Below are positions 53,862 through 64,000 of a DNA stretch of 64,000 bases, in pieces. The position numbers and the translations under genes were made by a program. How positions within the stretch are numbered: the first letter of the stretch is position 1; each line of letters starts with the position of its first letter. This DNA comes from Paramecium tetraurelia (Eukaryota): assembly GCA_000165425.1 (NCBI GenBank), contig CT868007.1:62001-126000 (forward strand), given 5' to 3'. The notes beneath the pieces were generated by a model, which was given only the letters and a program-made list of their open reading frames with translations, was not told the origin of the DNA and did no database searches.

Positions 53862-53889
53862 TTAGGATATAATAATTATAAAATGAATC

Positions 53890-55410
53890 TCATTAATTCT
53901 TCCATATTTAAATATCCTTTGTTTTGTCGTTCCAAACAATTAAGTAGTCAGCATTAACAGAAATTGCTCCAAATAAAGTACTACTTGGAAATTCAATTGT
54001 TTAAAGTAAACTAAATCTATTGTTTTAAAGCTTTCTTAATATGTAAAAATTCTTTGAGTGCTTGCTTATAATTAAATGTTATTTCTTGTGGAATATCGAT
54101 GGACATAAGTAATATCCGTCTGTTAATTGTTCCTTCATGTTAATTCTTTTTAGTATCTTATAGTTCAACAATTATTTATCGAATAGATATATCTGTGCCA
54201 CTCCATTACCATATCTTTGCCAAAAGAATGCTACATTAGATATAAAGGCTATTCTATAACCATAATCGTCATTTTAAATTATTTATAATTTCTTCCATAA
54301 CTTATCTTCTCCAATCTCCCAAACTATTATTGATTTATCTCTACTTGAAGATATCAACTGTGTCTCTTTCAAATTTAGTGAGATACTATAAACAGACCCA
54401 GTATGTCCCAGCAAGGATTGATACTATTCAAATTGATTATCTAGATTTTTCACCCAAACTTTAATTGAATTATCCAAACTGCAAGAGTATATAAAATCAT
54501 CATTTTAACTAATTATTAAACTGCAAATGCTATTAGCATGTTCATTTATAGTTTGATCACATTTCCAATTGTTTTTTGCTTACTCTCTCCAAATCATTAT
54601 CTGTGAATCACAGGCACCTGAAACAAAAAATAGTTAATTTTAACTAAAAGTCAGACAATTTACATTATAATTATGACCACTAAGTGTTTATAGTTGAGTC
54701 AATTTATCTTATTCAAATTTCCAAACTATGATATCCTTACCGCTTCCAGAAACTACTACATTTCCTGCTTTGTTGAATGCCAATGCATAACAATCGTATT
54801 ATTATTTAATACTGTTGATTTGTTGAAAATTGACCGGTCTTATTTTGACTTCTTATTGATTTTGTTATATGAGCTTCTTGATTTCTAGATGTATCATTAA
54901 ACTATTTTTTTTCAATTCCGAGAATAATTCCTTCTCTTTAATTAAAACTCGCTCTAAATTCAAATTACCAACGTGATTGTTTTCATTTTCTTCTTCAGTT
55001 AATTTCTCACTCAATATTTCCGAGATTTCTTTTAATTTTTTAATATCCATATCTTCTTTCAATGCCTTAATTTAATTAATCTCTCTATCTATAGCCTTTT
55101 AAAACTGAAATCGATAATCATCTGTAGTTTCAATCAGAGAGTTGATAAATTTCAATGCTTATTCTCGATATTGTTGAAACTTGCTTAGTAATTGATCTAA
55201 TTGAGGAACTTTGGTATTTTTAAAGTTCAAGAATTTTTAGACAGCTTTGCCTTCGAGATTTTACCATAATTTCATGGCTTCTTCAAAACTAATGAGAGTT
55301 TAGTTTTCAGTATCACAATCTGTGCAAAAGATTCTTTTTTCTTATCCTTTTGTGATATTCAACTAAGTTATTGGTTTTTGATGTTGAGGACATAGTAGTG
55401 TAGAACCCAT
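53890..55410 (-). CDS. B-box-like, coiled coil and WD40 repeat protein
   Basis: CPQHQKP..FCTDC; WD repeats GHNYNVNCL..SGACDSQIMIW, SCSLDNSIKVW and GHTGSVYS..SSSRDKSIIVW. Confidence 0.88.
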
Positions 55411-55679
55411 TTAGACTAGGACAAAGGATGTGTTGATATAATAATATAAATATAATAAATTTTTTATTTATTTAGGAAATCAAGTAATGTAAAATTATAT
55501 TATACTGAATTGAGATCCCATATAGTTGTTTGTGATTAAATTGTAAAGGAGAATGTGAGAAAATTAAAATATTTGAATGAAATGTTTATTTAAAGTGTTT
55601 AGTACACCATATATAATTTAGATTAAAAGTGACAATAATAAAATGATGATGATAAATTACATATGAATCAGAAAAGTCT

Positions 55680-56276
55680 TCATGTTAATTTATCTATCTT
55701 TTTCTCTTAAAACATTCTATGAGGCGAAGAGTTCTTAAGACCACTTGGAGCTGTGTGTTTTCTCACTTGTAAATTAGGATTGATAGAAATTTTAATTTAG
55801 TCTGGTTTCTAATTAAAGAATGGCGATGTAAAATTACATCTTTAAGATCCAATCTATTTTTTAGATTTTGTCATCTATTCTTTTGTTTAGATAATAGATT
55901 TCAATCTGTCTTACAGCACTTGATTTTGTCGCTTTAATTATATTTGCTCTAACTAGTAGTCATTCATTTAATCTTTCCATTTGCATTCCTTTTTTTCATA
56001 AAATTTTAAGGTTTCTTTTAGTTTCTTATTTTCATCCTCCAACTCTTAGAGTTTATCAATTATGGACTGATTTTCAGAATTTTGGAATCCACTTGAAATT
56101 GAGGTTTCTTGAAATTCATCAATGTCAACAAAAGAGACAATTTTGGGTATATGTTTTCTCAAATGAGTTTGACTTTTTTGGGAGAGTGAATTTAAACTAT
56201 TCCTATTCGAAGTTTGTTCACTACTTGAAAGTAGATTAGTAAGTTATTCAATAGTGAGAGCTATGTGTTCTTACAT
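55680..56276 (-). CDS. Hypothetical coiled-coil protein
   Basis: MQEHIALTIEQLTNLLSSSEQ..., ends KKIDKLT*. Confidence 0.6.
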
Positions 56277-56834
56277 ATTATAATTATTGATATCAATCAT
56301 AAATTAATACATTATGAACCCAGTAATTAACTATTAATGAATAATGGAAAATGCTGAGGAGAACTAATTTAATAATAGAGATATTCCATTCTTATTTAAC
56401 AACTAAATAAACTGTTAATCTTAACAGAAAAAAAATGATAAAGAATTAAAATTAATATTAGAGAATTTTGTAGAATAATGTTTGTCATAATAATTTGAAA
56501 GATAAGGATAAGTATTCTAATTTATAATCTAATCAATAGAATTTAAATCATATATTATATTTGCGAAATTCTTATATAATTATGTTGAATAATAAAATTA
56601 TCAAAGATACCCATACCAATTATGAAAAAGAAGATTTACAATTAAAAAATATGATAATTATGAGTTACATTTTAAATGAGTTAATTTTATAAATTGTTGA
56701 TTTTTTAAAGTGAAATTTAAATACTATAATAATCACACTTAAATCAAAAATAATTAATAATCTTAACTTAATCAGCTCAAAGATTATTTTATTAATAATA
56801 GAAATAATTTTATTTTAAAGTTAAATATATATAT

Positions 56835-58060
56835 TCATATTTTTATTTTTATCTATGATTTTCTTGAACCATAGATAAATCTATCCATTTTCTCATTTTT
56901 TTCTAATTGTTAATTCAACTGTTTAGTTAAACCCAATTTCTCTTTTTGAAATAGTTCATTTTCCTTTTGATATATCATTATCTCTGATTACAGATTTCTA
57001 ACATCTTTCAATAGTATTTCGCACTCTTCTCCTTATTAATTGTACTTTTATCTATAATTAGAAACAACTATTACCTTAATTCATCATATTATTATTATTC
57101 AAATTGTAGTTTCTTCTACCAGACTCCTTCGATATCTTTTAAAGTACCTTATAATTGTTAAATTTAAGATTATAGAGATACAACTTGCTCTTGTTTACCT
57201 GTTAATTTTTATTTATATTCTTCAACTTAGGTTGAGCAATCATTTTTGAGAAGAGATATACTTTTTTCTATTTCTTATTGAGATTCTTTCTTAATTTGGA
57301 TCACCTAATTCTCTGCCTCTATTCTTATTTGTTCTTCCTAAAACTTTCTCCTTTCTATTTCAGCTCTCAATTAGGCAATAATTTGTTAAGATTCCTATTG
57401 TTTTATTTAGTGAGTGTTTCTAGGGTATGATGTATATAATTACCTTAATTCATCTAATTTTGTTTATAGAGAATTATTAAACTAGGTCTCGCTTTCAATT
57501 TATGATACGTATTATGCAATTTTATCCTCATATTATTTCTTTACTTTAATCAATTCGTTGGCTGTTTCTTCTTATTTTTTTAATGCTTCATCTTATGCTT
57601 TAATTAATTGATCTCTCATTTTTGACAAATTCTCTTTGTGTTTGCTCTCTATATTTTCAATATGCTATTTCAATAAATTAATTGTGTTTTCCTGCTCCTG
57701 AAACTTGATTCTAAATTTTAACTCTACTGATTTAAGTTGGTTCTTATTTAAAATTTCTTCATTATTTGTAAAATTAGTATTCTCCTCGTTTTTTCTGATT
57801 CTGGACCTCAAGATTGAACTTAAATGAGGTGTGACATCCTATTACTTCTCTGGAGTAATAGAATGAGTTCTCTCTTCATTTGATACCATTTAATCATAAG
57901 GTATAATCTGTTTTTGATGGTCTTGATCTGGATGTAAAGTAGAATCGCAGTGATAACATAATTTAGTAGGCTCATTTTCATTGCAATCAAAGCATTTTAT
58001 AGTAGCAGGCTTTATTTGACAATTGAAACATCTAACGAATTTCCTTTAATTTTGATTCAT
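56835..58060 (-). CDS. B-box zinc finger and coiled-coil protein
   Basis: CFNCQIKPATIKCFDC..LCYHCDSTLH..H B-box pattern followed by a long Q/E/K heptad region; several introns. Confidence 0.82.
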
Positions 58061-58854
58061 ATTTTATAATATAAAATATTCAAAAAATAAACTCTTATAT
58101 GTTTAAGATGATACTTATCATTTTCTTCTTATTTTATTACTAATATTTTAATTTCGTTGTCAAATTCATTATTTCAACATGTAGAGTAACTAATTATAAA
58201 CTGAAACCTATGTAGGGATTATTTGATATAGATGGTTTTCTAATAGAATATCTACATATTCACTTTCTTTGAGAATTTAGATGTTATTAAAATTACAAAT
58301 AAAAATGAATATCTTCATTTTTTATTTATTTAAGTAATTGTTTTTCAAAAGATTCCCATAAGTTTTTATAATATTTAAGTTTAAATTTCATATAAAATCC
58401 CTTAGGAGTTCATTTCTTTATCAACTCTTTAACGTTATTAATTTATATCTTTTGATGAATAAAAATTTGTTTTTTACTTCTTAATTTTTTTGGGTGATAC
58501 ATGTTGCCTAAATGATATTTGACAACCTCTTTACCTCTAATTTTAAAGGAATATCATAGATTTTTTTATCATCTACTTGTTTAACAATTGATCTATAAAT
58601 TCCTCATCCGTTTCGTAGAGTTTCAATTATGACTAGAAAATTTAGAAGGGTTTAAAAAAAAGTATATGATATAACAATAAATCTTCATTTTCTAGAATAA
58701 GTTCGATTAACTCTATAGGTCAATGATATTTTAGGTTTCTTAAAATTTTAAAAGAAATAAATATACTAACAACATAATAATAGCATTGAATATATACTTA
58801 TTAACAGCAATTTTTAATTTAACAGATTAATAAAAGTTATATTCAAAAAGAATA

Positions 58855-61522
58855 ATGGAGGAAAGAGGATTAAGATCTAATGAGAAAGTCACTAAATAAC
58901 TAGATTATTAAACCAGGAAAATGATATCACCTCAAACTGATATAAATTTGAAGAAAGAAAATTCAAATCCTTTGGATTAAAACAATAGCACTTATTCACT
59001 CAAGGGTTATGAAAGACAAGCTCCTTATTCATCAAACTAGTTTGAATAGAATCGTCAAACAGGAGAGCAATAAAAAATGACATCCAACAATAACCCATAC
59101 CTAAAGCAATCATTATACAATAATCCTGAGCAAGGCAAACCATTCATTCGCTCATATTAAGAAGGAGATCTAAGAAAGCCTTTAGATTAGGCAAATTTTA
59201 AATAGGAATTACGATAAGTTAACGAAAGAGAGATAGCTAGTCCATATGTGAATCTTGAAAACCAAAAAAGAGATCCTGTTGGGGCCAGAACTCCTCTTGA
59301 TCCAAGAGCAAATATGAGTGCTTATACTCCACAATCAAGGTAAGATTTATATCGTCGAGATGTTTAATAATCTGATTACAAACGGGAATTTCAATTACCT
59401 GAATATAAAAGAATGTACCCGGTTTAAGATTCTCGTATTCCACCCAGACAGATCAATTCATTTGAAATGCAATAGAAACCAGTAGATCAACAAGGAGATA
59501 GGATGAGATATGATTAGGAGAGGATTAGGACATTGGGAGGATAATAAGAATAACCTGAAAGAATGGACAGAATGATTAGAGCATCTGATTATGTGAGAAA
59601 ATCTGATAATCAAGACTTTTTAGAATAAGATAAGAGACCATTAGAAAGAAGAGAATATATGGAAAGAGGTGGAGTTGAAATGGCCTAGCATGAATAAAGA
59701 AATAATACTTCAAAATCCCAAGAATATTCTTAAAGATCATAAAATTAGGTTAGAAAATATTAAGAAGGATCCAAAACTCCAATTGAAGGAAGAATGATTG
59801 AAAGGAGAGGGTTTGATGATTAAATGCAATTGCAAGGAAGATCTTATTAATAACCAAATCTTTAAAATCATTATGTTGAAGGTGGAAAATAATAATTTTA
59901 TGAAGCCAGACCTCCTTTGGATGAACAAAGAAGAATGGCTAATCCTTATGATGAGAGGAGAAATCTAAATCCATATGAAACTAGACCCTAATTCTTGGAT
60001 TAGAGGCCACCTATTGAAAGAAGACCAGATCGTGTGGAAATAGAAAAAAGACCGGATCATCCTGATTTTGAAAGAAGACCTGTCCAAAATGATTTTGAAA
60101 GAAGATCAGATTTCGAGAGAAGACCAGATCGACCTGATTTTGAAAAAAGACTAGATCGCCCTGAATTTGAAAGAAGACCTGATAGACCTGAATTTGATAG
60201 AAGACCCGATAGACCTGAATTTGAAAGAAGACCTGAAAGACCAGAATTTGATAGAAGACCTGATATTGAAGGAAAATCTCCTTATTAAGCAAGATTTGGA
60301 CCAGAAGGGAGATTCGATGCTGATTAAAGATTGCCTCCTGATTTTAGATATCGTTAATAAGGATATAATAATGAAAGATTTTAATAATAAGGAATAAGGT
60401 AAGGAGTAGAAGGTGTACAGGCATAAAGAGTGTAATTTGAAGATAGACCTGCCTACGGTCCAGGTGGAGTATAAGATGAGAAACAAGGGATGAATTATCG
60501 AAAATACTCAGATGGTAGAGCTATGTTGGATGGACGAGCCGAAAATAGAGATGCTGTTGAAGGAAGACCAGGATTATTGGAAGGAAAGCAATATTAAATG
60601 GATGGCAGAGCAGGATTTAATAGAACATATGGAGAGGATAGATATTAAGGAACAACGATTTTTGAAGGAAGACCTGGATTAGAAGGAAGAAGAGAATAGT
60701 TTTGTACAAGACCTCCAATATAAGGTAGACCTTTTGAGGAAAGAGGAAATATTGAATAACGAGTTCCAATTGAGAGTAGAAATTAATTTTAGAGAGGATA
60801 TGATGATAAGTTTGGTGATAAGTACTTTGAATAAAAGTATCCATAATAATAAGACACAATTGGTAGAAAGGATTTAGGTAGGCCTGAGACTGGAAAACAG
60901 AGAGAAGAATTTGACAGAAGAACCACTTATGGTAGATCAGATATAGATGATAAAATGGCAGAATTTGGAAAGAGGAAAGAGTTTGATGGAAGAGTGAGAC
61001 CAGAAACTAGTTTTGGAAGGCCTAATGGAGTAGGATAGTAACCAGGAGAAAGGTATTACAGAAGGGATTATAATGATTAAGAGTAGAGATTGAGTTATCA
61101 TTAAGACACATCAGTAATTGATAGATTGGGGTTAGAGAGAGGAACTAATAGAAATATTATCGGTAATTAAGCTGCAGAAAATATGTTAAGAGGAGGACAA
61201 CCAATGAACAGATAATATGATAGGGAGAGAAGTTTCAATAGGTTAGGAATGGGAGAAAGAGTGGCTAGTTTTACAAACAGTAAGATGGGTTATCAAAGAA
61301 CTGCTGTTTAAGATAAGGAGGAATATTAAGGTTACGTTAGATCCAAACTTATGCCTAAGTCATTAGGAAATGGTGCAACAGAATTTTAGAGGAAACAATC
61401 TCAAGATTAAGGATTCTAAAAATGTATTTATATTCACTTATAATTTAGTGTAAAGTCCTAAGAGTTAGATTGAAACTAGAGTTGGAATATATGATATTTA
61501 GAGAAGAGATGGAAGGATTTGA
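58855..61522 (+). CDS. Low-complexity R/D/E/G/P/Q-rich repeat protein, likely disordered
   Basis: MEERGLRSNEKVTKQ...; long TGA-free frame; ERRPDRPEF repeats; one intron at about 61424-61448. Confidence 0.8.
60016..60264 (+). repeat. 27-nt coding tandem repeat (ERRPDRPEF-like) of about 9 copies
   Basis: gaaagaagacc(a/t)gat(a/c)gacctga(a/t)ttt units are directly visible. Confidence 0.9.
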
Positions 61523-62100
61523 TAGTTAAACACTTTTATTTTATAGACAAATTTTATCATTAACCATTTAATTTTTCTTTTAATATTTGTATCTTGGAAT
61601 TGCAATTTCAACTAATTCTTCTTTGTAACTCTACCTGATAGAATTAATGCAATTTGAATGGACATATTCTTATTCTTTAATAATTGCAAATGACACAACA
61701 TATTGTAATATTTTTGTTTTATTTTAAGTTCTTGCCATTAGATACCTCAATTTCAGGATCTATTTTATGTCCACCATTTTTCATCATATGATTTGCCTTA
61801 TTTGTTTAGATATGAAGTTATATTAATAAGAGAAAACATCAAATTAGATTTCTTTTAATTCAAGGAATTCAAGATGGTTTTCATGATATGAACTATTATG
61901 AAATTGTAGTAGTTGAGATATTTGAAGGATATTTACAATTTCTTGTGTTTTCCCTCCTTCATACTTTGTTTAAGAACATAAACATATTGGAACCTATACA
62001 TAAAGTCAAATTAATTCCAGTGTTATTGAAATAAAAATAAATAATTTAATGAAATTACATTATAAATCACACACAAAGCAAATTTTAGGTAGTTATAACA

Positions 62101-63082
62101 TCAGTTATATGATAAGAGTTTCTTTAGACACCAGAGTCTACAAGAACAGTCTTCATTTTCATCATAGAGATTTAGCAACAAATGTATTTTAATTTATTTG
62201 ATTTGTTCTGAGGTGTATGATGAATTTAAAATGTTCAAGGTTGAATCAAATGTTTCAAAAGTACAATTTAAATTAGTGAATTCTCCATTGAATTTAAGTT
62301 GAAATGTCAATTCTAGGATAATTACATAGATAAATACTTGAATCTTCTTTAACTTATGAAATTTGAGATAAATCTGCATGATTAACTTCATACAAATTAT
62401 CTGTTTCTATTTCTGTGATAGTTTAATCATTAGATGGTTGCTTCATAAATTCTGTGAAATCGTTTTCAATAGATTCCACTTCTGTGTTATCTGATTATTC
62501 AACCTTTTCAATTTGGGGTTCTTGAGATGACTGTATTTGTTTTTGTTGTACTTTTTCTTTCTTTTTATGAGAGATTTGCTTTTTCTAGGTTTACTTTTTG
62601 ATTATTTTTAATTCTTTAATGCTTTCTTAACATTGAAATGAGGAATGAGGTTGAGGTATTTTATCGAATTGCAATTTTTCATAATATGATGAAAACAACC
62701 TAAAGAGTTAGTATGTTAGGACTATCAATTGCAAGTAGATAGATATCATATTGAAAGTTTTGGGTAAAAAGAGACTAAGGAATAGATAAGTGAAAATACT
62801 TTAAATTTTAGATGATAACGGATGTGGAAACTGCAATTGAATTAGTAAGTTGAAGCTTATTTGAAGTATCAATAAATGTGAGTGTAAAAAAGGCAGCAAG
62901 CAAATTCAAATACTGGAATTAGATGATATATTTACTTGGTTTGATTAGAAAATGGGAGTTAATTTTGGATGTGATATCATTTAGTTGGAATCCCAAAATT
63001 CCATAGGTTGATTCTCATATATTTGGAGTAGGGAGTTTAATGTTAAGAATGAAACTGTTGCTCTTAAAGCTGAAAGAGACAT
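62101..63082 (-). CDS. Hypothetical protein with hydrophobic N-terminal half
   Basis: MSLSALRATVSFLTLNSLLQIYENQPMEFW...; about 3 introns inferred; ends CRLWCLKKLLSYN*. Confidence 0.55.
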
Positions 63083-63163
63083 AAATTAATTAAAACAAAA
63101 AGTATTTGAAAATCCAATTAAAAATATCTTGCATTTATATTGATGAATATAATAACTTCTTAT

Positions 63164-64000
63164 TCAGGCATTCGAACAAGCTTAGTTACTAGGCCAATCT
63201 ACTGAATCTATATGATTATCTAGATTTCCAACATTGAATTGTACTAACCACTATCTCAGACTCTTTTGAATAGTAAACCCGGATTTTGCTGGGACTTACC
63301 ATGAACTTGATTGATAATATGATGTTTATAAGAAACTAATGTAGATTCTAATGACATACCAATGTTCTAGACAGGCTGGTGCAAAAGAACCTGAGTCTCT
63401 GAAGATCGACTTTCTTCCTGACACTACAGTCTGTATGTTCGTATGCAATTCTTCAATATACTTCCTTTCTTTCTAAGAACAATCTGATAGAGAATTCCCA
63501 GAAGCACAGGATATTTTTAAAAGACCTTCGATACTGGCAGAATCATATAAGGAATTGACAATGAAGATGGGGACATTTACATATCTTGAAATTTGAATTG
63601 ACAACGTTCATACCTAAGTAAATATTGAGCATAGAAGCATTTCCAAAGTTCATTTGGATTGCTCTACACACATTCAGTATTTGGATTGCTGACTTCTTGG
63701 TTAACCAATTTCAACAATTCAAACAATGACAATTTGAACCCTTCAGTTCCATCAAAGGACTTCATATCAATAAAGATTCCAGAATCAGGGACTCCCAATA
63801 CTTTCACATTCAAAGGCAAAACACCTCTAAAATAATCTACCCAGTAATATGCCGCCAATCCTCCTGCTGAACACCCTGAGACAATCACTGTGGAACCTCT
63901 AACCATTCTTTCATAGAATTCGTTAATAATGGATCTCACTATTCTATCTCCTCTGAAATACAATTTCTTGCCATTGTAGACTGAAGCATCCTTCCTGTAA
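63164..64000 (-). CDS. Pectin acetylesterase/Notum family hydrolase (5' end outside the window)
   Basis: YFRGDRI, SGCSAGG nucleophile motif, VPDSGIFID, IVNSLYD and FAPACLEH; ends WPSNQACSNA*. Confidence 0.9.

Noticed and set aside
60016..60264. Regular repeats considered as a CRISPR array
   Set aside because: No unique spacers; the units are in-frame coding repeats with synonymous variation in a eukaryotic gene.
61549..62060. Fragmentary minus-strand frames between the repeat gene and 62101
   Set aside because: Multiple TGA codons in every frame tried; at most a gene relic.

Overview
AT-rich, gene-dense eukaryotic DNA that reads as a ciliate somatic (macronuclear) chromosome segment, most likely Paramecium. 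Genes are continuous only if TAA/TAG encode Gln (translation table 6) and TGA is the sole stop, and they are interrupted by tiny (about 20-31 nt) GT-AG introns. The supplied standard-code ORF track is therefore mostly fragments or shadow ORFs. Hand re-translation gives about 33 protein-coding genes on both strands: three protein kinases, PGAM, ABCF3-like, a Myb factor, a DMT/EamA transporter, TRAPPC2, two WD40 proteins, a divergent Rab, two TauE paralogs, an RBR E3 ligase, a giant secreted protein, PP2C, PRODH, an IQ-MORN protein, a B-box protein and a partial pectin acetylesterase. I saw no tRNA, rRNA, transposon, telomere or CRISPR. The best lead is 28032-29993(+), which fuses a GTSF1/Asterix-like tandem CHHC zinc-finger pair to a coiled coil and a C-terminal RING: a candidate PIWI/small-RNA-linked E3 ligase. 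Other leads are a Rab lacking both the switch-I Thr and prenylation cysteines, an RBR ligase ending in CaaX, an INCENP IN-box-like protein, a twin-CX3C small protein, a duplicated serpin-like module, a six-domain secreted protein with SFIQ/TFLQ motifs, and a structured GC-richer intergenic element. All gene models were made by eye; intron boundaries and family calls need RNA-seq and HMM confirmation.
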